DNA of 64,000 nucleotides, from contig OZ024743.1 of assembly GCA_964016885.1 (NCBI GenBank), positions 355,384,001 to 355,448,000 of the forward strand, written 5' to 3'. The notes under the pieces were generated by a model. It ran no database searches and was not told the origin of the DNA. It worked only from the letters and a program-made list of their open reading frames with translations. This document shows, one piece after another, positions 1 through 14,791 of this stretch (its first letter is position 1; each line of letters begins with the position of its first letter). Made by a program: the position numbers and the translations under genes. The stretch comes from Eledone cirrhosa. Taxonomy: Eukaryota.

Positions 1-183
1 ACACACAGACATATATATAGATATATATGTGTGTGTATGTATATATATATGTGTGTGTGTGCGTGTATGAGTGTGTGTGAGTGTGTGTATGAATGTATGT
101 ATATATGTATATATGTGTGTGTATATATGTATGTATATATGGATATACATACATATACATACATATATATATATATATATATG

Positions 184-364
184 TCAGAGCAAACATCACG
201 GACGCTCTATCTCAAAATTATTTTTGAAAAGCATTAGAAATGCGCAACTGGTAAAACTTAAAACCAAAACTGAATACTAACCAATACTATTACTAATTCT
301 CACTTATTCCTAATTAAACTATTTTTCACTGTGAACAATTTGTCAGCATTTTCTTTTCCGTTTA

Positions 365-369
<5 letters not shown>
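184..369 (+). mobile_element. PLE-type 3' end fragment with HHR-like motif at 221-256; same family as 48045-48232 (-) and 48700-48881 (+)
   Basis: Close match to both 48-kb copies. Motif TTT-TTGAAAA-GCAT-TAGAA-ATGC-GCA-ACTGGT-A-AAA. Ends in (TA)n. Confidence 0.65.
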
Positions 370-443
<74 letters not shown>

Positions 444-456
444 AAAGATATAGATG

Positions 457-485
<29 letters not shown>

Positions 486-487
<2 letters not shown>

Positions 488-715
488 TGTCATACTTGGG
501 GAGGGTCATATTGTTGTAATAATATTGCCAGAATTAATAACAGAACACACCCAGTGTTTGGTTGGTTTTCGTTTCTGTATCTGTTATTCATTCGGTCCTC
601 AATGTTTGCCATTGACTGACCAACGGTAAAAATACAGATATAATATAGATATAAACACATATATATCTAACAAAGTTCTTTCGTTGCACATCTGCAACAT
701 CGTCAGTGGTGCTAT
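486..715. repeat. Dispersed repeat beginning TTGTYATACTTGGGGAGGGTCATATT, usually next to (TA)n; other copies at 36606-36815, 43302-43350, 22985-23078 (rev) and 31450-31510 (rev)
   Basis: The same terminus is visible in five places. The class of element is unknown. Confidence 0.7.
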
Positions 716-1756
716 TATGTTCCTCCTGTTCTGTCGTATATTTACGCCATCTTTATTTAATCTGTTTATTTATTTATTTATTTTTGTCTTCTTCTCTGCG
801 TATGCGTTGCGTGTGCGTATAGTGTTTGGTGTGTGTTCGCGTTTGGGTGACTGTGTTTTGGTTATTGTATTCTATCTTAGTTTACTAGTGTGTGCTTATA
901 TGTGTTTGTTGTTATTGTGCTTGTGTATATATTTATTTATTTATATTTCACTTAGATCAGTATTGTTTGTTTGGGTGTTGTTATTCCATTCATATTTTCT
1001 GTTTAGCTTTGGCCTTCTAAGTTCTATTTCACTTACCTCTCTGATTTGCCTATCTGCTGGGTCATTTTTATGTTTAGATATTATTTTAATTTCTATGTTG
1101 TCTATGTTACCGTCATGTTGTTGTCTGGTGTGTTCGTATAGTACTGAACCGTTTTTTCGTCCTTTTAGCTCTACAGCTCCCACCGAAATATTAATATATA
1201 TATATATATATACTCGTATATTAGTAATATACAAATATCGTTAAGCACAGGTAAACTTGTATTATCTATTATTTTTGCAGTCATAAATATATACGTGTAT
1301 TTGTGTTTGGAAATATGTGTTCATCAATATGTACACACATATATAATTAAAGAACTGATAAGAATAATTCACATTAATCTTTCCAACTGAATATGACAAA
1401 GTTGAACGTTTAACAAAGATATTTGTCAAATTATTAAGTTTGGATTTCTATCTACAAACATACACATCTTTACTGGTGTAAATTGCATCTCTATGCATAC
1501 ATGTATGTATGTATATATGTTTGTATGTATGTATGTATTTTTGTATGTATGTTTGTATGTATGTATGTTTGTATGTATTTATGTATTTATGTATTTATGT
1601 ATTTATGTATGTATGTATCTATGTATCTATGTATTATGTATCTATGTATGTATGTATGTATGTATGTTTGTATGTATGTAGAAAGAATGCAATCTAAAAT
1701 ATTTGAAAAAATATATTTGCACCTATCCCACATTTATGTATATACTTTTCTCTCTC

Positions 1757-1844
<88 letters not shown>

Positions 1845-1896
1845 TATATATGTATATATATATGTATAAATATATATATATATATATATATGTATA

Positions 1897-1980
<84 letters not shown>

Positions 1981-2002
1981 AGTATATATACACACTGCTT
2001 TT

Positions 2003-2040
<38 letters not shown>

Positions 2041-2560
2041 AAGTCAGAATGACAGAGAGATGTATATATATATATGTGTGGGTGTGTGCGTGCGTGTGTG
2101 TTTGAGTCAGTATATACATGCATGCACACACACTCACACAAGTATATACTTGCACATATGCATACGTGCGGCTGATATATACATCAGTATAGTAGATGCG
2201 TCTTAGCTGTGTGTGTTTGTGTATATGCCACCTCTTGTGTGTGTGTATATTTGTCTGCTTGTGTGAGCAATTAAGATATTGATAAGGATTATAACGCTAA
2301 TCTCTCACAGTTAACTTGACAAAGTGAAATGTCTAATGAAGATATTAGCAATTATTAATGAAAATATTAGCAATGTAATTAAGCAGAGATACATGCAGAC
2401 TGACAGATGTGTATTTAGTATATTCATATATCTTTATACACCTGTATTTATATGTGAATAGACTTCGCTCTGACACTTATGTTTATATACGAATATGTCT
2501 ATATTTGAACATCGGTTCATACTTGTTTTTCTCTCTCTCTCTCTCTCCCTCTCTCTCTCA

Positions 2561-2617
<57 letters not shown>

Positions 2618-2687
2618 ATTACGAATTATGATTGTGCTTATGTATATAGGTATATATATATATACACACACACACAACACACACACA

Positions 2688-2767
<80 letters not shown>

Positions 2768-3279
2768 TGCACACGCACACACACATATATATATATATAT
2801 ATAAGTACATTCATAATTCGTAATAAATTATGGGTAAGAAAAAAAACAGAAATTTCGAACTTATTATACGTAGAAGTACAAAGGAAACAAATATGATTTT
2901 GTTTTACAACGTACATTGTATTTGAAGAAAAATGTTCTGAATAAATCATTGTAAATTAGAAATATTTCCATTAAACTTGTGTATGTTAGTAATGATTAGA
3001 GCAGAACAGGGGAGGGTGAAAAAGACAGTCAAAACAAACGATAACAAACACAGCAATGACGGTAAAGTTTGTTGGTTCGAATACCAAGAATAACATTGCT
3101 TGATGTGCTAAGTATACCAAGAACAAAATTGCTTAATGTGTAAAATTAAAAATGCTTAGGTAAATTTCTTGGTTTTTCGCACGCGTCTTCAATCACTATT
3201 TTCTCCATTTATTTCTCCATTCTGGCTTTTCAGTATTACGATCTAATCAGTCCTCCACCTTGCCATAAACGTCTGTGAA

Positions 3280-3770
3280 TAGTCTGTGAATTCGGTGAAC
3301 ATAAGTTCTGTGAAATCGTAGACGAGAGCTCCTCCTCCTTCTTCCCGTTTGACCTGTGCGTAATTCTTTTCTTTCGCACGCTTGGTCCGGCTGGTTCGCC
3401 TTTTTTCTCTCTCTCGTCTACAGAACTTATGTTCACCGAATTCACAGACTAGATTCCTTCTTCCTCCCGTTAGACCTGTACAGAATTCCTTCCTTGCTCA
3501 CATTCCAACCATGTTTGATGGTCTTTATTCTCTCTCGTTCATGATTTCACCGAACTTATATTCATGGAAATTTGGGACTTGACTCGTTCTTCCTCACTTT
3601 TCGATGCTTCACCATCTTTGTTTGTTTACACTCTCGCTGTCCCCTTTATTTACGTGTCCCAACGACTTTCTCTAGCCGTTGCTCGCACCAACCGGACGTA
3701 TATGGTCTTTAAAGCGAAGAAATGCCTGTGATGGTTGGAAGATCACTGATGAGGACCACTTTATTCATAT
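3280..3770 (+). repeat. Dispersed repeat with internal ~110-130 bp subrepeats; inverted copy at ~9185-9600
   Basis: Shared CAGAACTTATGTTCA.CGA blocks and a shared end ...GGAAG(A/G)TCACTGATGA(A)GGAC. Confidence 0.75.
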
Positions 3771-3838
3771 ATATATATATATATACAGTTTAATTCCAAA
3801 GAGGAGAAACCGGAATTTTTTCTTCGAGAGATCCGTAA

Positions 3839-3877
3839 TCTCTGAAGAAGAGAATTTTAAGTCCTGAAATATTAAGA
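3839..3877 (+). ncRNA. Degenerate type I hammerhead ribozyme
   Basis: TCT-CTGAAGA-AG...CT-GAA-ATATT-A-AGA. Stems II and III are imperfect. Confidence 0.5.
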
Positions 3878-3912
3878 CGAAAGAAATAACAACAAAAATA
3901 ATAATAAAATTA

Positions 3913-4092
3913 CCAGGTAACTAATTCTTTCGTTACCTTCATCTTACCGTCCATTTTGCATTGTTTCGCCTTATGTCACTTTCCAAATTATATATATATA
4001 TATATACATATATATAATTTGGAAAGTGACATAAGGCGAAACAATGCAAAATGGACGGTAAGATGAAGGTAACGAAAGAATTAGTTACCTGG
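3913..4092. repeat. Near-perfect palindrome with ~76 bp arms centred on a (TA)n tract
   Basis: CCAGGTAACTAATTC...TTTCCAAATTA (TA)n TAATTTGGAAA...GAATTAGTTACCTGG. Confidence 0.95.
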
Positions 4093-4124
4093 ATTCTTAT
4101 TTATATATATATATATATATAAGA

Positions 4125-4505
4125 TGATGGCTGCCCCCTCGTTATCGAGTATGGCCATTACACGATATAACATTATTAATAATAATGCTATCGTGCAATG
4201 CCTGTGCATGGAGATACCTTCGAAAAGAAGAAAAGATCAACATCATCGGTAACTACTGAGCCGCGGTTTTATATCGGAGTTATCCCAGTTTCCTCAGTTG
4301 CCTTCTCCTAAAAGAATGCCCTGACAAAGGCTAGGAGTCCTTCACTCCCAGTGGTTTAACCGCGTGGTACATGTCTATATACATATTTACACACTTTCGG
4401 ATGGCCGTTGACTCTTATGAATTTTCCCGCCCTTTGTCAGGTTTTGTTTTTTGTCCTGCAGGGTGTCCAAAATCACCCTCCTCACCAAGTACCTCATCAG
4501 GTATC
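4125..4505 (-). mobile_element. Diverged relative of the RTE-derived non-autonomous element at 22185 and 62199
   Basis: Shares the blocks GGTTTTGTTTTT.GTCCTGCAGG.TGTCCAAA.TCACCCTCCTCACCAAG and GGCTGCC..CTCGTT.TCGAGTA.GGCCA. Confidence 0.7.
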
Positions 4506-4512
4506 CTCTACC

Positions 4513-4568
<56 letters not shown>

Positions 4569-4756
4569 GGTAGAGAATAAAGACGCCTTTCGGTCACGAA
4601 TGGCCATGGGATTTGCACCAAGTGCAAATTTCCAGTATATTTTTTTGACCGGCCACCTTCCTGGTGGCAAGGTTGTAAAAGAAAATAAATTGTCATCCCT
4701 TGAATCGCAAGAATGTTTTGCAAATTTTGAAGGTGCCAGCTATCTCAGCCATTTTA

Positions 4757-5287
4757 ATTAACAACAAACAAAATTAACAACAAACGAGGAAGAATATATT
4801 GAGACAGATGGCACTAAGGAATACTGGTGGAACCTGAAAATAAAAACTGCCACCAAATTAAAGCACAACCGGCCTGATATTGTAGTTTGGGACCACACAT
4901 TGAAAACGTGTTCTGTTGTGGAGATCAGCTGCCCACTTGATGTAAACGATGTCAGAAAAATACAGGAGAAGGAGGACATCTACGGACCATTGATGAGGAG
5001 TTTACAAATCCAGTATCCAAGATACACCTTTAGCTTCATAGCCATCATTATTGGTGCTACGGGTTATATACCAACCCGCTTTGACCAAAGTATGACTGAA
5101 CTTGGATTTGCGGACAAAAAGCGCGGCTCCCTAATTCATAGTTTACAAATGGCTGCGATAGCTGGCACCTTCAAAATTTGCAAAACATTCTTGCGATTCA
5201 AGGGATGACAATTTCTTTTCTTTTACAACCTTGCCACCAGGAAGGTGGCCGGTCAAATACGTACTCGAAATTAAGAGAAAGAGAATC

Positions 5288-5290
<3 letters not shown>
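4757..5290 (+). mobile_element. 5'-truncated non-LTR retrotransposon 3' end with a restriction-like (PD-D/ExK) endonuclease, R4/Dong-like
   Basis: Frame reads YWWNLKIKT..KHNRPDIVVWD..VEISCP..EKEDIY..IIIGATG..TFKICKTFL*, stop at 5208. A (CATA)n tract follows. Inverted copies of its 3' end lie at 4633-4755 and 5423-5640. Confidence 0.85.
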
Positions 5291-5336
<46 letters not shown>

Positions 5337-6755
5337 TGGAAGCTTTGGCTGTGACCAAGCAAAGCCGACCTACAATAAGGAATGAATTAGCAAAGCACTC
5401 AATAAGGGTAGGTCCTTAGAGTATTAATTTCGAGTACATATTTGACCGGTCACCTTCCCAGTGGCAAGGTTGTAAAAGAAAAGAAATTGTCATTCCTTGA
5501 ATCGCAAGAATGTTTTGCAAATGTTGAAGGTGCCAGCTATCACAGCCATTTGTAGTCTATGAATTAGGGAGCTACATTCTTTGTCCACAATTCCAAGTTC
5601 AGTCATACTTTGGACTAAGCTGACTGGTATATAGCCTGTATGAATGTATGTATGTATCTATGTATGTATTTACGTTTGTATGTATGATGATGTATGGATG
5701 AATCTATGTCTGTATGTATGTTTGTACGTATGTATATGTGTATGCTTGTATGTGTTTATATGCATTTGTGCGCATAGGTGTGTATGAATGCATATGCCTT
5801 TGTGTGTATATATATTTGTATGTCTGTAGTTTATTGCACTTTCTCAACTCTATGCCTGCCTATCACACTCCAAGCTTCTCAGTCATTACCAACACGTGTA
5901 TTAAAATCGCCAAGGATGACAATCTTGTCTGCAAAAGGTAAACTATGGATAACTTCTGTCAAAGATATGTAGAAAACTAGTTTTTCATCATCAATAGCGT
6001 ACATAGTAGGAGCGTACACACTGACCAGAGTCACAAAAATATATACATAGACTCATATATACATGCATAGATATACATACATAAATATATATGTATATAT
6101 GCATACATATGCATACATAAATACATGCATACACATACATAAATACATACATACATATATACATACATAGATACATATATACCAACATACATTCATACAT
6201 ACATACAATCATACATACATACAATCATACATCCATACATACAATCCATTAATGGAACAGTAAAAATATGTAAAACATTCCAAAAATTTTGCATCTAATA
6301 ACTGCATATACACATGTACAGATACAATAACATACAATACAACTCAAAACATAGACATCCACACATACAATAACATCCATATCTACACATGCATGCATAC
6401 ATACATATCTACCTAGTTGATGTTGTGTAAATTCCAATGAGAGAGTCTTTAGTCCATGTTAGAAACCGACTCTCTCTCTATTGGTAAAACTTTGTGAAAT
6501 TATAAAACCAGAAGAACATACATACAATGATGATGTTATTGTTAGTTTTATTTAAATCTGGTTTATGAATAAATTGGTTGGTTTCCATTATATTGGATAG
6601 TAATTGGTTCCTGGCAGACGCTTGGCCAAAATTGATCTTTGTGGATTATTTAATTAGAATTTGAGCCAAAAATAATATACCACTTACTACCGTTTGAAAA
6701 TGTTATGGTTTACTTGCATTACAGTTTAGTAAAACCTTATTTTGTGTTCATACAA

Positions 6756-6861
<106 letters not shown>

Positions 6862-7380
6862 ATATATATAAATATGAAAATTTCTGTGTATATGTGTGTA
6901 TGTGTATATGTGTGTCGAGCTTTTTTAATGAGGGCTCATATATTCTAAACCATTCATGCGATTTCTTTTAAATTTTTTACAGAGCTTCTCCTTGCACAAC
7001 ACCTGTACATGATCTATAAAGGCTTTCAAAAATCGATATTGGGGCCTTTTGAGACATTAAAAAGTTTTCGGTTATTTATGTGGATTTTTGTGATTAAGTA
7101 ACACAAGAGTTATCTTTCGTAATTAGCCTCAGTCGGGTTTTAATTTACTCTTTCTACTTGAAACAAAGATAATAACTTCACAACCAGCAATTTATATTAC
7201 TTGAAACAAAGATAATAACAATATCATTTCGCTGGAATAGTGCCTAAGGTTTTCATATTTACATAAAGTACTTCTATGTATTCAAATTTACTTTGTTTAG
7301 TTTAATGAGCTACATCGAAAGCTACATGAACAGTCCAAAGGACGGGTAGTTTAGCTAGTATATATATATAAATTACAGAT

Positions 7381-7689
<309 letters not shown>

Positions 7690-7699
7690 TCGATCGATA

Positions 7700-7965
7700 A
7701 GATCCCAGAAGTCATTCGCTTAATGAGTGGGGTGGAGCTCATCAAATCGGACCGAAGAAACAATGTTGCCATTGGTCTTTCCAATTGCTAATACTAACTG
7801 TCGTTCACAATTCCAGAGACAGAAAGAGCAGCGTGAAATAAGTTTTCTTGTTCAAGGACAATAACATTTCTTGCTCAAAGACATAAGGCATGGCCCGGTC
7901 CGCGAATCGAGCTCACAACCTCAAGATTGCGAATCTCGAATTCTCTAACCACACAGCCACGCGCC
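7700..7965 (-). mobile_element. tRNA-derived SINE (GGCGCGTGGCT head); related diverged copy at ~59651-59960 (+)
   Basis: The minus strand has an A-box-like TGGCTGTGTGG and a B-box-like GCTCGATTCGC. Confidence 0.65.
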
Positions 7966-8038
7966 TACATAATTATATATATATACATGCTTATATACCC
8001 ACAGGTGCTCTTGCAAACATATGATATACATATAGTAT

Positions 8039-8981
<943 letters not shown>

Positions 8982-9069
8982 AAAATTTAATACAGAAATG
9001 GCTTCTAAATGGCTAGAAAAGTTTAATTCGAAGGAAATCATTAGACATATATATATGTATATATACATG

Positions 9070-9136
<67 letters not shown>

Positions 9137-9879
9137 AATATGAAAACATGGCGTGCTGCGTGGTTGCAAATGGGTTACATATGAATAAAATTAGTCCTTC
9201 ATCAGTGACCTTCCAGCCTTCATTGGTATTTCATCGCTTTAAAGACCATATACCTCTGGCTGGTGCGAGCAACGGCTAAAGACAGTCGTTGGGACACGTA
9301 AATAGGGGGAACGAGCGAGACAGTAAACAAACAAAGATGGTAATGCAACAAAAAGTGAGGAAGAAGGAGTCAAGTCCCTGAAATCGATGAACATAAGTTC
9401 TGTGAAATCGTGAACGAGATAGAATAAAGACCATCAAACCTGGTCGAAATGTGAGTAAGGAAAGAATTTCGCACAGGTCAAACGGGAGGGAGAATGAGTC
9501 AAATCCCTGAAATCGATGAACATAAGTTCTGTGAAATCGAAGACCATCTGACCTGGTCGAAGTGTGAGTGAGGAAAGAATCTCGCACAGGTCAAACGGAG
9601 GATGTAGGAGAGGGAGTAGCAGAGAGTGATATATACATAAACTCCAACGCAATTTTTGACTAAAAAGTGTAGGATTTTCAAGGTTATATGTATGAAGAGG
9701 TAGATGTATGGTGGGTGGTACATACAGATGTTGTAAATGTGAATGTGTATTGTGGTGTAGTGGCTGGAGTTGTGTGTTTGTATGTGCGTATGTTTGTGTA
9801 TGAGAGCAAGGATGAAATGTGGTTATAGGAACTGTGGAGAAAATTATGACCACTCGGAAAAGTAGTTCCAAAGCGGAAA

Positions 9880-10200
9880 GTTAAGATCTGCTCAATCCTG
9901 GTGCCTGATGAGACCTAAGATAGTGAGGTACTGAGTAGTGTGGGGGAACGGAGGTGACGAGCAACGGGAGTGTCTTTACCTAATCATATGTCCCTTAAGT
10001 ATTCGTCGAATCGGTCCGCCGAGGTCTGCCGTTTGTCCGATATACATGAACACCGGAGAGCATAGATGACGTTGGTGGAGGTGCAAGTGAAAGAGTGGTG
10101 AATTATAAAACAATGGTTCGTACCTGTGAGGGTGGTGAGGATTTTTATGTTGAGATAGATGTTATAGTGAGGATGGGAACAGGTACGGAAGTGAGAAAAC
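9880..10200 (-). pseudogene. Degenerate PLE GIY-YIG endonuclease fragment
   Basis: HHSFTCTSTNVIYALRC...ADRFDEYLRDI resembles the PLE motif FTC.S.NVIY.I.C...RF.EH.RDI. Confidence 0.7.
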
Positions 10201-10681
10201 TTTATAGGTTTCGACAAATATTAGTCATTTAAAATTTAATAGCACCAGCTGACTAAATTTAAATCATGCTTTCCAGCTCAGTCAAGATTGTGACACTATC
10301 GTCCATTCTAGTAAAAATGTATTGTTGTAGGAAACATAGGCGGGTACAGAGGTTTTAATAGGAATTTCTTGGAGGGATTTGTCCAGGGTCAATATTTAAT
10401 TTATGGCATCTTTTTAACTCTTGATATCTTCTGGTATGATATTAAAGAGAGCAAGCCCTCATAATGTGAAAGAGATAGGTCGTATATTTATTTATATATG
10501 TGTGTGTGTGTGCACGAGTGCGTGTGTGCGTGTTTGGTTGTGGTGATTGTTTGGTTTTGTGAGAGAATAAACATAAGTCACAATAACAATATGTTGAATG
10601 ACATACACACAGTCCCTCAAACATATACACACAGTCACACGTACATACACAAACACATACACACATAAACAGACACACACT

Positions 10682-10719
<38 letters not shown>

Positions 10720-10828
10720 CATATATATGTGTGTCTCACATATAATATATTATACGCATTTACAAAAAATTGTAGAAGACAGTTTTAATATTTAACAGAA
10801 AATTGATATAAAATTAGAGCTAGTTTAC

Positions 10829-10897
<69 letters not shown>

Positions 10898-10926
10898 CAT
10901 TCACGTATCAACATCTATATATATAT

Positions 10927-12088
10927 GCTGCCATATGTATCCACTTTCAACCCCAGAAATACCGAAATGTTTGATCACCTACACAAAAACCTCCCCATCC
11001 TACTTAAAGATGTAAAAATGAAGTCTATTCTTGAAACACACGAGATCCTTAAAAGTAAAAGACAACCCAAATCACTTAAACGCATTCTCACTGGACCAAA
11101 TATACCCAAACCAATCCTCAACCCTACAGTTACCAAATGTGGTAGAACAAACTGTGGAACGTGCCTCTACCTCACTGAAGGACAAACATTTACATTCAAA
11201 GATGGCCAAACATTTACAGTAAAAAACAATTTCACCTGCAACTCGGAGAACTTGATTTACGCAATAACTTGCGGTGGGTGCAAACACAACTACATAGGAC
11301 AGACGGGCACCTCATTACGCAAAAGAATGACCATCCACCGCCAACAAATCCGGGACGCTAACACAAGAAAAATCCCCTTGAGCAGCCATATTGCGAACTG
11401 CGCAGGAATGACACTACCCAACTTTAAAATCTTCCCCTTCTACAAGTGCTCAGATTCGTTCACACAACAACAAAGAATAAACAAAGAAAATCTATTCCTT
11501 AACAAATTTAAACCAAAACTAAACGGGTTATCACCCCAATAGAATTGTCATAAAATATAAACACACATACGCACGGAATCACTACTATTAAAGACCAGAG
11601 ACCAATTCTGTAGAATCAGGTTTATTCATTGACAGACCATGCCTTTGTGTGACCAACACATCCATGTTAAACCCTGCACGTGCACACACATATATCTATG
11701 TATATATGCGCACACAGAATTATTTTAATTTCACTGCCCCAACTTCTTATATTATGGAAAAAATATATGTGTCTGTATATATGTATATATATATATATAT
11801 ATTTGAAGGCCATTTCTCTGTGTGTGGGTGTATGTATGTGTGTGTGTGTGTGTGTGAGTATGTGTGTGCATGTGGATGTATGTATTGTGTGTGCGTGTGT
11901 GTGTGTGTGTGTGTGTATGTATGTGGGTATCTGGATGTATGCGTATGTGTATATATATATATATATGCATGTGTGTGTGTGTGTGTATATATATGTGTGT
12001 GTATGTGTGTATATATATGTGTGTGTGTGTGTGTATGTTTGTATGTGTGTATGTATATATATATGTGTGTGTGTATGTATGTGTGGGG

Positions 12089-12120
<32 letters not shown>

Positions 12121-12137
12121 GTGTATATATGTGTGTG

Positions 12138-12168
<31 letters not shown>

Positions 12169-12207
12169 ATGTATGTGTGTATCTGGATGTATGTGTATGT
12201 ATATATA

Positions 12208-12260
<53 letters not shown>

Positions 12261-12329
12261 ATGTGTATATATATGTGTGTGTGTGTGTATGTGTGTATGT
12301 ATATGTATGTGTGTGTGTATGTATGTGTG

Positions 12330-12368
<39 letters not shown>

Positions 12369-12906
12369 GTATTTGTATGTATGTGTGGATGAAGGTATGT
12401 GTGTGTATATATAGGTGTAAGTGCACTAAATCCTTTTCTATCACGCTCCACTCTCCTACCCATCACAGGAAGATATATGTGTGTGTGTATATTGCTTCCA
12501 CCCCCTCACTGACCAGCAGCTGGCGATTGCTAAATCTGACCTTTATAAAATAACCCACACCCCAAATAACTTCTCATTCACTACCAGAAAGGGACACAGC
12601 AGTCAACCTGTTGTTGCTACCTAGATGAAAACTGCTATGAAATCCCACAATGAATTTTATACTTGAATTTTCAAGTCTCAAATTTTAACTCTTCGTATTA
12701 TTAATTTTTCTTAATATTAATCAACATTTGAAAAGATGGCTTTTGCAGACCCATCGAAACCGGTCATTTTTTATACCCTTTATTATTTCCTTACCTTATA
12801 AAATTATGTTTTTTCACAAAAAAGTATTCTGTCTCTTATATATTCCATGTGCCATTACCAACCTCAATTTTCTCTATAACCTTCGTTTTGTGTAGAAAAT
12901 TACACT

Positions 12907-12910
<4 letters not shown>
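10927..12910 (+). mobile_element. 5'-truncated copy of the PLE at 14592-19397: GIY-YIG ORF to 11542, microsatellite-containing 3' UTR, and pLTR with HHR at 12723-12770
   Basis: Protein nearly identical to 17357-17959 (CGRTNCGTC linker, NLIYAITC..YIGQTG..RMTIH). The 3' end ACACTTTTC(AT)n is the same. Confidence 0.95.
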
Positions 12911-12983
<73 letters not shown>

Positions 12984-13005
12984 CACATATATATAAATGT
13001 ATATA

Positions 13006-13143
<138 letters not shown>

Positions 13144-13180
13144 AATATATAAATATATATAAATATATATATATATATAC

Positions 13181-13228
<48 letters not shown>

Positions 13229-13504
13229 ATTTGTGTGTGTGTGTGTGTAGTTTTGTGTTATTTATCCACAAAATATGCCCGACACGTCTCCACTTTAATT
13301 TAATAACAAAATTTGAAATTCACATAATGGCCGTCGATAAGTGAATACAAAGGTTAGCAGAGAGAAGCTTGTATTGTCACGATCTCTCTATCAATTATAC
13401 ACAATAAGAACAACAGCAGAAAACAATACACCAGACCTCAAAATACATACACATGTACCCACGCACAGAGCTAGCACAGCGGTCTTAAACAGTGGGATGT
13501 ATGC

Positions 13505-13551
<47 letters not shown>

Positions 13552-13603
13552 AATAAAAAACATGTTCATTCTACATACATTTATATATATGAATATATAT
13601 ATA

Positions 13604-13647
<44 letters not shown>

Positions 13648-13688
13648 AATAACAAAAAGATATTCGCTCTACATACATATATATATGA

Positions 13689-13935
<247 letters not shown>

Positions 13936-14299
13936 TATATATATACATATGTATATGCATATGTACGCCAACAAAATAGAGTGTACGCATGCTCACACAC
14001 TTCCCTGCATTCTCACACATGCAGGGGCAGATATTAATACGCAGAAAACTTTATATACACACATATATATATATAAACATATTCAAATATATATATATAT
14101 ATATAATATATATATATATATGTGTGTATATGCAAATGTTATCTTATTTGCTCTTCCCATTTACAATTTTATAAAGCGCTGACTAATTGATTATTTAATT
14201 CATTCATTTATCGTGGAAAGCTAGTAACTGATGGATACCCTACATATGCGTTTATTCTTATGTACATCTTCTAGAAATGTGTTATATATATATATATAT

Positions 14300-14599
<300 letters not shown>

Positions 14600-14791
14600 T
14601 TGAGGTTGGTAATGGAATATATAAGAGACAGAATACTTTTTTGTGAAAAAACATATAATTTTATAAGGTAAGGAAAGAATAAAGGGTATAAAAAATGACC
14701 GGTTTCGATGGGTCTGCAAAAGCCATCTTTTCAAATGTTGATTCATATTAAGAAAAATTAATAAGAAGAGTTAAAATTTGAGATTTGAAAA

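Noticed and set aside
4016-4055. TTGGAAA..GCGAAAC as a U3:A8 HHR
   Set aside because: Core mismatch and unconvincing stems I and III.
9901-9935. CTGATGA followed by a short stem as an HHR
   Set aside because: No GAAA or stem III follows, and it is antisense within a GIY-YIG remnant.
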